This document shows positions 1-9,159 of a stretch of 32,000 bases of DNA, in pieces; the first letter of the stretch is position 1, and each line of letters opens with the position of its first letter. Source of the stretch: Prochlorococcus sp. MIT 0801 (lineage in GTDB: Bacteria > Cyanobacteriota > Cyanobacteriia > PCC-6307 > Cyanobiaceae); the NCBI RefSeq assembly GCF_000757865.1, contig NZ_CP007754.1, positions 1,380,001 through 1,412,000 of the forward strand. Reading direction: 5' to 3'. Made by a program: the position numbers and the translations under genes. Under the pieces are notes generated by a model. It ran no database searches. It worked only from the letters and a program-made list of their open reading frames with translations, and was not told the DNA's origin.

Positions 1-264
1 AGTATCGCTAACCTTGTAAGAATCATTAATACCAGATTCATAAGGCTTCAAGAAATCCATTCTACTAAATAAATTTCTAAATTTATTTACCGCAATAATT
101 GGCCAAACCCATAAGAAAAAGATTCGAGACCCTAATCTATTAGCATCAGATTGTGGATTTCCCAGGTCTTTATCACTATTTTTCTTTGGGAATGAATCTT
201 CGATAATTGAAGCTATTTGCTCTTGGTCAGTTGGAAAATCAACTACAGTATTTTCAGAATCCAT
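1..264 (-). CDS. hypothetical protein, N-terminal part only (gene runs off the window start)
   Basis: An ATG at 264..262 (minus) opens a frame that stays open for 88 codons to position 1: MDSENTVVDFPTDQEQIASIIEDSFPKKNSDKDLGNPQSDANRLGSRIFFLWVWPIIAVNKF... It is absent from the ORF track because there is no stop inside the window. Family not recognised. Confidence 0.35.
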   Translation of the reverse strand, partial: MDSENTVVDFPTDQEQIASIIEDSFPKKNSDKDLGNPQSDANRLGSRIFFLWVWPIIAVNKFRNLFSRMDFLKPYESGINDSYKVSDT

Positions 265-352
265 CAAAAACTTAAAATTTGGAATAATTATAAGATGAAT
301 TGATTATTTTTGTATTAAAGCAATAATTTAATATTTATTGGTAACAATGACC

Positions 353-390
353 ATTAAAAAAAGACCCAATATTAATTAGGTCTTTTTTAC
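353..390 (-). terminator. intrinsic terminator hairpin downstream of the 430..723 gene (A-run/T-run on both sides, so possibly bidirectional)
   Basis: The stem pairs aagacc (361..366) with ggtctt (379..384) around a 12-nt loop. It is flanked by an A-run at 356..362 and a T-run at 383..388. Confidence 0.55.
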
Positions 391-429
391 AGTTAATTTT
401 TAAAAAGAAATTTTGATAACTATTATTTT

Positions 430-723
430 TTATGCGTTTATCACTCCGCGGCGGATAAATTGCATTGCAAAAATTGCACCTAGGAAGAATACAGACGGTA
501 TACCTAATGCATTCACTGCCAAAGTTCTAACGGTAAATACAGGATATCCATCTCCGGGTCTTCCTTTATCTGCAACAATTGCAGTATCTTCCCAAACTTG
601 CTGGTTTTGAATAGTAGGACCGTTATCCCATACAAATACTCCCCATCTTCTCAACCAATAATCAGTAAAGGCAACTGAAAAAATGACTGGTGTTAATACC
701 AAGAGTAATTTGAGGTTGATCAT
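430..723 (-). CDS. small conserved-looking membrane protein (two hydrophobic helices), family not recognised
   Basis: 97-aa ORF with hydrophobic segments [14 protein letters not shown] and [16 protein letters not shown] separated by a polar loop. A hairpin terminator follows. The overlapping + ORF 413..610 is its antisense shadow. Confidence 0.6.
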   Translation of the reverse strand: MINLKLLLVLTPVIFSVAFTDYWLRRWGVFVWDNGPTIQNQQVWEDTAIVADKGRPGDGYPVFTVRTLAVNALGIPSVFFLGAIFAMQFIRRGVINA

Positions 724-913
724 CCATCTATATATTTATCCAATAAATCTTGGCATATCAGAGCCAAAAAGGCTGATTGATTGATTGACCTTATGAATTC
801 TGTAACAAATTGGTCCGATTTTAGAAGCTTTGATAACTCTCTAAGTTGACTCGCTTTACTTCTGATATGGTGGAATCATTGCCCTAACAGGCGTAAATTA
901 ATTGGTTTAATTT

Positions 914-1360
914 ATGGAATTCGGTTTTAAAGAAATTCTTTTTGGGTTAGCTGGTGTAAGCATGATTGCTTGGGCTGGAGTAATAGGCCTCTGGCATACT
1001 TATATGTTCCCAAGATTCTTCAGAGAAGATACAAGTCGAATCAATAGCGCTTCTTCAGCAACTTCAGTCATCTCAGAAGCTCAATCAGCCCCTGAGAACA
1101 ATAGTCCCAACAAGCCTTGGTTCCTTGATGACGAAGGTGGCACACTTACACCTAAGACAGCAATGGGAGCAATAGGTCTTAGCGATAGAGGAAAATACAG
1201 CAAGAAATCTTTTGTAGTTGCTGATTTCAATCCTGTTGAAGCTGGTTATGGAGTTAATAGGCTTTACACTTCAGTTTTAATTGGCTTGGCTATCAGTACC
1301 TTTGTAATAATTTCCTTTGGACTTCAAAGTGGATTCGGAATGATGGGACCAAACTTATAA
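914..1360 (+). CDS. hypothetical membrane protein
   Basis: 148-aa ORF with an N-terminal helix (ILFGLAGVSMIAWAGVIGLW) and a C-terminal helix (VLIGLAISTFVIISFGL). No family recognised. Confidence 0.5.
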   Translation: MEFGFKEILFGLAGVSMIAWAGVIGLWHTYMFPRFFREDTSRINSASSATSVISEAQSAPENNSPNKPWFLDDEGGTLTPKTAMGAIGLSDRGKYSKKSFVVADFNPVEAGYGVNRLYTSVLIGLAISTFVIISFGLQSGFGMMGPNL

Positions 1361-1776
1361 ACCATCTGAATAAAAAAAAGACAGCAATAGTCAGCAAAAT
1401 TTAATTTTTCTAAGTACATAAGAGCCTTAAATACAACCAATACAAATGTTTTCAGATAAAGATCTTTAATAACGCCCTTTTTGAATAATTTTCAAATCTT
1501 TTCTTTAAAGTTAATTAAAAATCGATAGGAATTTATCTTTTGTTCTAATACTTTTGAAGGTTTATCCTTTAAAAGCCTTTTGAGCACTAGATTTAAGAAT
1601 CGTAATAGAGATTAAGAACAATCTGAGAAATTAATTTTCTAGAGAGAAAAGCAATAAATATTGACTTATTTGTGTATCAAAAATCAATATTGAATAGACA
1701 AGAAAATTTAAAAAAAACCAAATTCACTCTAAATGTGCAAAGCTGCTTTAAAATATCCTTGATTTTAAATTGCTCC

Positions 1777-2292
1777 ATGACTGTAGGAATCTACTTCGCT
1801 ACAACAACAGGTAAAACCGAAGATATAGCTGAACGGCTGCACGGATTACTTGACTCTGCTGAAGGTCCAAAGGATATTTCAGACGTCGATGACCTTAGTG
1901 AATTAGCTGGACATGATGGGGTTATTTGTGGCATCCCCACATGGAACACAGGTGCTGACTCTGAGAGATCAGGAACTGCTTGGGACTCAATCCTTGAAGA
2001 CATTGGGGAGCTAGATCTCAGTGGTAAGAAAGTTGCAATTTTTGGTTTAGGAGATTCTTCTACTTACACCGAAAACTATTGCGATGCAATGGAAGAGCTT
2101 CATAGATACTTCCAGCAAGCAGGTGCTTCAATGGTTGGATACACTGCAAAAACTGACTATACTTTTGACGAGTCAAAAAGTGTAGTTGGAGAAGAATTCT
2201 GTGGGTTACCTCTTGACGAAGACAGTGAATCAGACATGACTGACGAAAGGCTTTCAGGATGGGCTGAAAAACTAAAAGGCGAAATGTTTTAA
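1777..2292 (+). CDS. isiB: long-chain flavodoxin
   Basis: From Met36 of the track ORF the protein reads MTVGIYFATTTGKTEDIAERL..PTWNTG..GLGDSSTYTENYCDA, which are the flavodoxin FMN-binding signatures. The length is 171 aa, typical of long-chain flavodoxin. The GTG-initiated 35-codon extension from 1672 is low-complexity and unlikely to be translated. Confidence 0.93.
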   Translation: MTVGIYFATTTGKTEDIAERLHGLLDSAEGPKDISDVDDLSELAGHDGVICGIPTWNTGADSERSGTAWDSILEDIGELDLSGKKVAIFGLGDSSTYTENYCDAMEELHRYFQQAGASMVGYTAKTDYTFDESKSVVGEEFCGLPLDEDSESDMTDERLSGWAEKLKGEMF

Positions 2293-2313
2293 GCCTTAGA
2301 CATAAACTGCTAG

Positions 2314-2347
2314 ATCTTCCTAGGTAATTGCTTAGGAAGATTTTTTT
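2314..2347 (+). terminator. rho-independent terminator of isiB
   Basis: A 9-bp stem pairs atcttccta (2314..2322) with taggaagat (2333..2341), followed by a T-run to 2347. Confidence 0.75.
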
Positions 2348-2432
2348 GTTCATTTTTTATTAGATTAAAAATTCAGAAAAGTTAAATTAAAAATATCCCT
2401 AAAAAAGTCATTTTCTGAAGCTATTTAAGAAA

Positions 2433-2711
2433 ATGCCCCAAAGAGCCCGACAATATCTTAATGTTTTCTTTATGAACTCAAATAATTGCTCAGGCCAAAA
2501 CATTTCTATAAACGTAAATCTCTCTTTAAAAAATGAGACTTTGCGAATGTTGGTAGAGATGGCAAATGATATGGGAGCAAGTCTTGAGGATGTAATAAGC
2601 TCGATAACTGAAGACTCGGTAATTGATTTAGAGAGGCTTCAGGATGATCTAGACATTGTTATTATCCCTGAAAGATGTAGCAAACAAGATTTAATAAATT
2701 CGATTCAATAG
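2433..2711 (+). CDS. hypothetical small protein (alternative start at Met14, 2472)
   Basis: 92-aa ORF. The segment NISINVNLSLKNETLRMLVEMANDMGASLEDVISS has a strand-helix-helix pattern reminiscent of ribbon-helix-helix proteins. It is only weakly supported as a gene. Confidence 0.35.
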   Translation: MPQRARQYLNVFFMNSNNCSGQNISINVNLSLKNETLRMLVEMANDMGASLEDVISSITEDSVIDLERLQDDLDIVIIPERCSKQDLINSIQ

Positions 2712-2727
2712 GTATTTGACGTTTTTT

Positions 2728-4566
2728 TTAAAATCTCTCTGGTCTAGGATTTTTCCAAGTAGATCTAACACCATCTGTTTTCAACAAGTTAGCTCGTCTT
2801 TCAATAATTTCTCTATCAAGTCTCCAAACGCTATAAACACCAAACTTACCTAAGACTTCTGGATTAAGTCCTTGCCAATAAGATTTTTCCACTGATCTTT
2901 TATCAATAAGTAAAAGTGTAGTTTCTGAGCCATTGAATCCATATATTGGCCTTCCTTTCCAGCCTCTTCTCTTCTCGTTTTTAAGTCGATCTGAAACATT
3001 TACAAAAGCATTTTTAGATCTACCTTCAAAAACAATTACTTGATTAGTATAAAAATGAATTGAGGGCTTCATAGCTCCTACCATTACTAAAGGCTCGTTT
3101 CTATTTTGGGAATTTAAAAGTAATTCTGAAGCTTGTCTTAAGGGGAGTTGTCTTAATCTATCTGCCAAATCAAAAGTTGGTAACACAATCAGGAAATGAG
3201 ATAAAGCTATAGGGATTTGCAAAATTAATAGTTTTCCATATATTTTTCTAGAGGAAAATATGATTCCTAGAACAGCAAGTAAAAGAAAAATAAAACCAGA
3301 CTTTTCAATTAAAAAGCTATTGGTTAATTCTTCTGAGAAGTTTGGAATCTCAGGATCATTAAGAAGCTGAATCCATAGCTTTGAAGAGAAGAGAAATATG
3401 GAAAAGAGTATTGATAAAAATATTGTAAATTTCCAAGCCAAAGATTTTAAAAATTCCTCTTTAACATTATTGGTTAAGGAAAGTGATATTAAAACTGATG
3501 CTGCCGGTGTAGCAGGAAGCCAATAGCTCGGTAGCTTGGTAGCTGAAATAGTAAAGAAAACAAATACAGCTATTAACCAAAAAAATGAAAACTCAAATAA
3601 TGACTTTTCTGGTTTTTTAATAACTCTTCTAGACCATTTAGATACATTGTAAAAATTCTTCCAAATACTTATTAATAAAAATGGAGTAAGTGGTAAAGAA
3701 GCAATACATAAAACTATTAAAAAAAACCACCAAGGCTCCCCATGAGAATTTACTACTGATGTGAATCTTTGAAGATTATGATACCCAAAAAAACTATTTA
3801 AGAAGGGTTTTCCCTCTATTAATAATTCAATTAAATACCAAGGAGAACTAATAATAAAAACAAGAAAAAGTCCTGGAATTACTTTCAATATTTTTAAAAT
3901 TCCGAGCAAATTATTTTGAAATAAGGAAAAAAATAAAATTGTTAATGCTGATAAAACCAAAGCGACAGGACCTTTAGTTAAAACTGCAAATGACAAAAAA
4001 ATCCAAGACAACCACCAAGCTTCTCCTTCTGGATTAGCGAATCTTCTCCATTTAAGAATTAAGCAAATTCCTAAAGTGCTGCAAAGGAGTGCATCACTTA
4101 CAGCAATTCTTCCCCAAATTATTACCAAAGGCGACAACGCAAATACCAGCGCAGTAATAACTGCGGTTCTTCTATTGAAATTATTTTCTTCTTGGGGATA
4201 TTTCATCATTGTGTCCCCTAAAACAAGCATTAAAAAAATTGTTGATAATGCAGAAGGAAGCCTTGCAGCCCATGTCCCTAAAGGGTCCCAAGAAATATTC
4301 CCTGGGATTGAAAATCCCAGTCCCATCAACCAATAAACCAAAGGAGGCTTGTCAAATCGAGGTAATCCATTTACTTGAGGAGTAAACCAATTACCCGTTT
4401 CAGCCATGGCTCGACTGGCTGCAGCAAACAAAGGTGGTGTCTCATCAACTAAACCTGTTGTCCCTAATTGCCAAACAAAAATTATTAATCCAATAAATAA
4501 AATACAAAGAAGACCACGTCTTCTTTGTATTGAAGTTGGGTAAAAAGGTTTAGTTAAGCTTTTCAA
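2728..4566 (-). CDS. GT39/GT83-family (ArnT/PMT-like) polytopic membrane glycosyltransferase
   Basis: 612 aa with many TM helices. The N-terminal loop DETPPLFAAASRAMAETGNWFTPQVNGLPRFDKPPLVYWLMG matches the conserved signature of lipid-linked-sugar transferases of the ArnT/PMT family. Its TTG start directly abuts the stop of the upstream GT4 gene. Confidence 0.85.
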   Translation of the reverse strand: MKSLTKPFYPTSIQRRRGLLCILFIGLIIFVWQLGTTGLVDETPPLFAAASRAMAETGNWFTPQVNGLPRFDKPPLVYWLMGLGFSIPGNISWDPLGTWAARLPSALSTIFLMLVLGDTMMKYPQEENNFNRRTAVITALVFALSPLVIIWGRIAVSDALLCSTLGICLILKWRRFANPEGEAWWLSWIFLSFAVLTKGPVALVLSALTILFFSLFQNNLLGILKILKVIPGLFLVFIISSPWYLIELLIEGKPFLNSFFGYHNLQRFTSVVNSHGEPWWFFLIVLCIASLPLTPFLLISIWKNFYNVSKWSRRVIKKPEKSLFEFSFFWLIAVFVFFTISATKLPSYWLPATPAASVLISLSLTNNVKEEFLKSLAWKFTIFLSILFSIFLFSSKLWIQLLNDPEIPNFSEELTNSFLIEKSGFIFLLLAVLGIIFSSRKIYGKLLILQIPIALSHFLIVLPTFDLADRLRQLPLRQASELLLNSQNRNEPLVMVGAMKPSIHFYTNQVIVFEGRSKNAFVNVSDRLKNEKRRGWKGRPIYGFNGSETTLLLIDKRSVEKSYWQGLNPEVLGKFGVYSVWRLDREIIERRANLLKTDGVRSTWKNPRPERF

Positions 4567-5676
4567 TTAATCTTTAAAGTCTGCTGAGATTTTCTTATTT
4601 AAGCCTTTATAAAGCCAATTCTCCACTCTTTCTGCAAAGACTTTGCTAGTGGCTTTTTTTTCAAACCAAGCTCTACAATTTTTTCTTTTGATTTCTGAGA
4701 TTGATTTTGTTGCTTTCATCAATCCTTCAATATCATTGGGTTTAACCAAAAAGCCATTGAATCCATCTTCGATCAATTCTCCTGGTCCTCCCAGATCATA
4801 TGCAATTACAGGAACACCACAAGCCATCGCTTCAACAATAACATTGCCGTAGGCTTCATTCCATTTAGGCGTGTTTATCAACGCTCTACATCCTCCTAGT
4901 TGTTCCTGAAATTTCTTCGTTGGAAGAAATCCTTTCCATTCAATAATTTTTTTTGTGAAGGTATTTTCAATTTTTGATGCATATTCTTTATCTTCTATAA
5001 GTCCCCAAACTAATAATTTTTCACCCAAATCATTCGCAACTTTTACTGCATCTTCTAAACCTTTCTCTGGCGCGATTCTTCCAGCCCAACCTAATGGTCC
5101 ATTCTCATTTTTATTGAATAAATAATCATCCGTATCAAAACCATTTCCAACGATAATTGGATCAGTTTTTAAAAAATAATCTTTAGATTGTCTTTTAGTA
5201 TGAAAAGCCAGCCGAAAAGGAAATAATTCACTTATTTCACTAATAGTTTCTTTCATTACTATTGATTCAGCGCCCATACTAATTAAGTGAAATATTTTAA
5301 TTGATTGTGTTTTTGTTAACCATAATGGAAGCCAATCATATGCAAAATTAATAACTGCGTCGGATTCATTTGCGATATCAATTACCTCTTCCCATAATTT
5401 TGGTAAGACACTTTTAGAAGGAATTAAAACTGGATCTTCTCTATTCTGATGCTGCCAACTAGGTTGATCAACTCCATCTATTAATCTTATTTCAAGCAAC
5501 TCACTTTCGAAAGGTAATTTTGAACCTTTTGGTGCAATTAAAATAATTTTATGACCCAATGAAATTAATCCTTTTATAAGAGAAACAATAGTAAGTTCAA
5601 CTCCTCCACCTTTGCCACTGCCCAGATAACCTATAGGTGTACTTACAAGAATAAGTTTTAATTGCTTTTTTATCAC
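4567..5676 (-). CDS. glycosyltransferase family 4 (GT-B, GT1-like)
   Basis: 369 aa. The C-terminal motif EAYGNVIVEAMACGVPVIAYDLGGPGELIEDGFNGFLV is the classic E-x7-E nucleotide-sugar binding region of GT4 enzymes. Confidence 0.88.
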   Translation of the reverse strand: MIKKQLKLILVSTPIGYLGSGKGGGVELTIVSLIKGLISLGHKIILIAPKGSKLPFESELLEIRLIDGVDQPSWQHQNREDPVLIPSKSVLPKLWEEVIDIANESDAVINFAYDWLPLWLTKTQSIKIFHLISMGAESIVMKETISEISELFPFRLAFHTKRQSKDYFLKTDPIIVGNGFDTDDYLFNKNENGPLGWAGRIAPEKGLEDAVKVANDLGEKLLVWGLIEDKEYASKIENTFTKKIIEWKGFLPTKKFQEQLGGCRALINTPKWNEAYGNVIVEAMACGVPVIAYDLGGPGELIEDGFNGFLVKPNDIEGLMKATKSISEIKRKNCRAWFEKKATSKVFAERVENWLYKGLNKKISADFKD

Positions 5677-5681
5677 TTAAA

Positions 5682-6632
5682 CTAAGCCTCTTTTATTAAT
5701 TCATTATCACTTTTATTCCCCCAGAATCTTCGTCTCTGACTTACAAATAGTACTGATATTAAAACCAAAACTACTCCAATCCATTGAAGGAGAAAAAGTC
5801 TCTCTCCCAACCAAATACCGCCAGTAATCAAGGCAAATACAGGCGTTAAAAATGCAAGGGTGCTAAAGCTTGTTAATTCTTTTCGACTTGCAAACCAAAA
5901 AAATAATCCATAGGCCAATGCGCTACCAAACAAACTTGAATAAGACATCAAAGTCCATTCAAAAGCAGACCAGTCTGGAAACAATGGCCAGTTTTTATCG
6001 AAAACATGCCAAACGATAAGAGGAACACTTCCCAGAACCATGTGCCATCCAGTTACAGCAACAGGATCACTGTTTCTGCAAGCAAATCGAATAAGCACCG
6101 TCCCTAAAGCCATCGAGGTTGCTGCGCATATCATCCATACTTCTCCATGGCTTAAAAAATTACTTCCTGATTCAAAGTTGCCAAGTAAAAACCAATTTCC
6201 TAGTAACTCAGTAGGTACTCCAAGACAAATTATTCCAACCAAGCCAAGCACCAAGCCAATCCATCCAATTGGATTAATTGCATCTCCAAACAAAATTCTT
6301 GCTAACAAAGCAACCATCAAAGGTTGGGAATCTATAAGAACAGAACCCAATCCTGCGCCAGTTTCCATTAACCCTTTGGCTAGAAAAATCTGAAAAAGGG
6401 TTGCGTCAATCAAAGTAAATACTAAAAACCACACCAAATCATCTTTTGAAATATTCCAACTCCTCTTCAAGAAAGGAACTGAAGCTAAAACTGCTAGACC
6501 AGCAGGCAAAAGCCTTAGTGAGGCTACAATCTCAGGTCCCGCGGTATTAACCAAAGGTGCCATCGCCGCCATTGAGGTCCCCCAAAGAGCGAAAGGCAAA
6601 ATCATCAAAAACCAATTCCAAATGACAAACAT
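5682..6632 (-). CDS. EamA/DMT-superfamily transporter (10 TM)
   Basis: The hydrophobic repeat architecture is typical of EamA (two 5-TM halves). I place the start at Met33 (6632). The longer track ORF to 6728 would overlap the divergent sppA start and adds a non-hydrophobic, low-quality extension. Confidence 0.82.
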   Translation of the reverse strand: MFVIWNWFLMILPFALWGTSMAAMAPLVNTAGPEIVASLRLLPAGLAVLASVPFLKRSWNISKDDLVWFLVFTLIDATLFQIFLAKGLMETGAGLGSVLIDSQPLMVALLARILFGDAINPIGWIGLVLGLVGIICLGVPTELLGNWFLLGNFESGSNFLSHGEVWMICAATSMALGTVLIRFACRNSDPVAVTGWHMVLGSVPLIVWHVFDKNWPLFPDWSAFEWTLMSYSSLFGSALAYGLFFWFASRKELTSFSTLAFLTPVFALITGGIWLGERLFLLQWIGVVLVLISVLFVSQRRRFWGNKSDNELIKEA

Positions 6633-6685
6633 AAGGTCAGAAAGCAATCTCCTTTTTAAGATCAATAAAGTTATGCATAAATTGA

Positions 6686-7495
6686 ATGATTTGGCCCTTG
6701 AGACGAAAATCCAAAAAGAGGATGGCACGAATCTGTATTGAAGGTCCTATCAATTCAGAAACTCGGAAAATTGTTCTAAAAGCATTAAAGCAAATTGAGG
6801 AAAGAGAGTTTCCAGCACTATTACTTCGCATTGATAGCCCTGGGGGAACAGTTGGTGATAGCCAAGAAATCCATAGTGCTCTCTTGAGGCTAAGAGAGAA
6901 AGGTTGTCATGTTGTAGCTAGTTTTGGCAATATCTCAGCTTCAGGTGGAGTCTATATAGGTGTAGGTGCTGAAAAAATTGTTGCAAACCCAGGAACAATA
7001 ACAGGATCTATTGGTGTGATTTTAAGAGGAAACAACCTATCAAAGTTATTAGAAAAGGTTGGTATTAAATTCGAGACTGTAAAAAGTGGAATCTATAAAG
7101 ACATTCTTTCCCCTGATCGCCCTTTATCAACAGAAGAGAGAGCTCTTCTACAATCTTTAATTGATAGCAGTTACGAACAATTTGTTTTAGCAGTTTCAAA
7201 AGGAAGAAATTTAACCCCAGAAGTGGTTAAGAGTTTTGCCGATGGAAGAGTTTTTACTGGAGAGCAAGCTAAAGAATTTGGGTTGGTAGATGAAATAGGT
7301 GATGAGAATGATGCAAAACTACTTGCTATAAAAATTGCAAACCTAGATGAAAAAACAAAACCCATAACATTTGGTAAAACCAAAAAGAAATTATTAGGGT
7401 TTTTACCTGGAGGAAAAATAATCCACAATCTTGCAAATGCATTAAACCTTGAGTTGGAGGGGAATGGACAGATCCTTTGGCTCTTTAAGCCATGA
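6686..7495 (+). CDS. sppA: signal peptide peptidase SppA, 36K type (S49)
   Basis: 269 aa with LLRIDSPGGTV and the nucleophile region NISASGGVYIG, both typical of S49 peptidases. Its stop overlaps the aroH start (ATGA at 7492..7495). Confidence 0.9.
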   Translation: MIWPLRRKSKKRMARICIEGPINSETRKIVLKALKQIEEREFPALLLRIDSPGGTVGDSQEIHSALLRLREKGCHVVASFGNISASGGVYIGVGAEKIVANPGTITGSIGVILRGNNLSKLLEKVGIKFETVKSGIYKDILSPDRPLSTEERALLQSLIDSSYEQFVLAVSKGRNLTPEVVKSFADGRVFTGEQAKEFGLVDEIGDENDAKLLAIKIANLDEKTKPITFGKTKKKLLGFLPGGKIIHNLANALNLELEGNGQILWLFKP

Positions 7496-7869
7496 ATTGT
7501 CAAAATGAATTGACTTATCTGTGTGCATTGAGGGGTGCAACGACTTGTGAAAACAATTCTGTTGAGTCAATCACTACTGCGGTAGAGGAATTGCTAGTTG
7601 AATTAGTTTCTAGAAATAATTTGATCCCAGATCAAATTATTTCTATTACTTTCTCCGTAACATCAGACTTAGATGCTTGTTTCCCCGCTTCTATTGCTAG
7701 AAAAAACACTGGCTGGGAAAAAATCGCTCTTTTAGACTGCCAGCAAATGTTTGTTAAAGACGACTTACCAAAATGTATTCGTCTACTTGCTTATGTTTCT
7801 TTACCAAACGAGCAAATACCCAAAAATCCTTATCTTGGTAAAGCAAAAAATTTGCGTCCAGACAGATAA
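7492..7869 (+). CDS. aroH: chorismate mutase, AroH class
   Basis: 125 aa with LRGATT..FPAS..GWE..KCIRLL..LRPD, which is collinear with the Bacillus AroH-type chorismate mutase signature. Confidence 0.85.
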   Translation: MNCQNELTYLCALRGATTCENNSVESITTAVEELLVELVSRNNLIPDQIISITFSVTSDLDACFPASIARKNTGWEKIALLDCQQMFVKDDLPKCIRLLAYVSLPNEQIPKNPYLGKAKNLRPDR

Positions 7870-7966
7870 ATCAAGATTTTTTTCCAACAACCATTTATAT
7901 TCATTCAAGATCATGCAAATGCACTTGAAAACTTTCAAGTGATTAATATTTCTAAAACTTCAAGTT

Positions 7967-8542
7967 ATGTACAAGAAAAAATTATTATCCGCTGTCAAGA
8001 AAAGTTTTTTTATTGGATTTTCAGCTTTTTTATTTGGAACAGGGTCTTCTATTTTAGCTCCACAAGCTTCGGCATCCCCAGGTTTCTTTGAATACCAATG
8101 GGATCCAGAGCCTGGATATAAAAGACTTAAATATTATCAATCATCCTCTGAAAGAAATGAAAGATCTACTTATTACTTCTTCCTTAGAGGCCAAGAAAGA
8201 AAAGAAGATATTAAAAAATTGACGATTGCAGTTCCTGATTATTTTGAAGCAAAAATCAAGATAAAAAAATTAAATTTCTGCAAAGTAAATGTTGGTGGCT
8301 ATACATCCAGGACTCGTTGCATTGAAAATATTCCTTCTATATTTAAAGTTAATGATAAACAAACTATTATTGAAATCCTCCCAGAAAAACCGATTCCATA
8401 CAATAAGGATAATTACGCTTTAGTAATGAAAATTTTCAATCCCAGAAAAAGAGGTATGTTTCAATTCCGAGCGTTATCCCAAAATACTGATGAAATTCCT
8501 ATCTCAACATATTTAGGGACTTGGAACATAGACGTACAGTGA
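7967..8542 (+). CDS. secreted protein, probably cyanobacterial DUF2808 family
   Basis: 191 aa. The signal peptide ends ..APQASASP. The family call comes from recollection of DUF2808-like proteins in cyanobacteria and has not been verified. Confidence 0.6.
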   Translation: MYKKKLLSAVKKSFFIGFSAFLFGTGSSILAPQASASPGFFEYQWDPEPGYKRLKYYQSSSERNERSTYYFFLRGQERKEDIKKLTIAVPDYFEAKIKIKKLNFCKVNVGGYTSRTRCIENIPSIFKVNDKQTIIEILPEKPIPYNKDNYALVMKIFNPRKRGMFQFRALSQNTDEIPISTYLGTWNIDVQ

Positions 8543-8589
8543 ACTGATAAATTAACCTTCATATCTAACCAATACGAGCATAAATAGAA

Positions 8590-8727
8590 ATGACAAAAAG
8601 GACCTTTGGAGGAACGAGTAGAAAAAGAAAAAGAGTTTCTGGTTTCAGAGTGAGAATGAGATCTCATACTGGAAGGAGAGTTGTAAGGACTCGAAGAAAA
8701 CGTGGAAGATCACGTTTAACTGTCTAA
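8590..8727 (+). CDS. rpmH: 50S ribosomal protein L34
   Basis: Hand translation gives [45 protein letters not shown] (45 aa), which is below the track cutoff. It sits in the canonical position upstream of rnpA. Confidence 0.93.
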   Translation: MTKRTFGGTSRKRKRVSGFRVRMRSHTGRRVVRTRRKRGRSRLTV

Positions 8728-8772
8728 AAAGAAGCTCTCAAATAAAGATACTTACAACAAAAGTTTCTTCTA

Positions 8773-9159
8773 ATGGTTTTGCCAAAACATATGAGACTCA
8801 AAGGTCATAGATGCTTTGACTTCATCTATAAGGAGGGTTCAAGGTTCTACAGTTCCTCAATGGTTCTCAGAGTTACAAATGCAAAGACAAAACCTCAAGT
8901 CAAAGGAAATAAATCAAAAACAAGGCCCTCTATAAAATGTGCCATATCAATAAGCAATAAAGTAAGTAAAAAATCAGTTACGAGAAATAAGCTTCGACGG
9001 TTATTCCACCATCATTTGTCATTAAGACTTTCTAATATGACCAGTGATAAAGAGATTTGGGCTTTTATTTCTTTAAAGCCCTCTTGCATGAAAAATTCCG
9101 ACAGCACTTTGCTTAAGGAGTGTGACAAACTACTCACTAAGGCTGGAATAACAAAATGA
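8773..9159 (+). CDS. rnpA: ribonuclease P protein component
   Basis: 128-aa basic protein starting MVLPKHMRLKGHRCFDFIYKEG.. with a KKSVTRNKLRR motif. The rpmH-rnpA-yidC synteny supports the call. Confidence 0.9.
   Translation: MVLPKHMRLKGHRCFDFIYKEGSRFYSSSMVLRVTNAKTKPQVKGNKSKTRPSIKCAISISNKVSKKSVTRNKLRRLFHHHLSLRLSNMTSDKEIWAFISLKPSCMKNSDSTLLKECDKLLTKAGITK

Noticed and set aside
413-610. 65-aa + strand ORF
   Set aside because: It lies entirely antisense to the better-supported 97-aa membrane-protein gene (430..723). The composition is odd and no motif is present.
1672-1776. GTG-initiated 35-codon N-terminal extension of flavodoxin
   Set aside because: Flavodoxins begin just before the (I/V)G(I/L)(F/Y)..T.TG.TE loop. 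The extension is low-complexity AT-rich sequence, and the Met at 1777 gives the canonical 171-aa length.
1791-2353. Minus-strand ORFs 1791..2003 and 2060..2353
   Set aside because: Both are antisense shadows of isiB and its terminator and have no supporting motifs.
4076-6393. Plus-strand ORFs 4076..4336, 4643..4852 and 6040..6393
   Set aside because: They are antisense shadows inside the GT39, GT4 and EamA genes, which have clear family signatures.
6633-6728. Longer start for the EamA transporter
   Set aside because: It would overlap the divergent sppA coding start. The extra 32 residues are not part of the EamA fold, and the Met at 6632 precedes the first TM helix.
6637-8667. ORFs 6637..6831(-), 7171..7503(-), 7751..7942(+) and 8461..8667(-)
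   Set aside because: They overlap sppA, aroH, the DUF2808-like gene or rpmH, either on the opposite strand or in another frame. The last would displace the unmistakable L34 gene.
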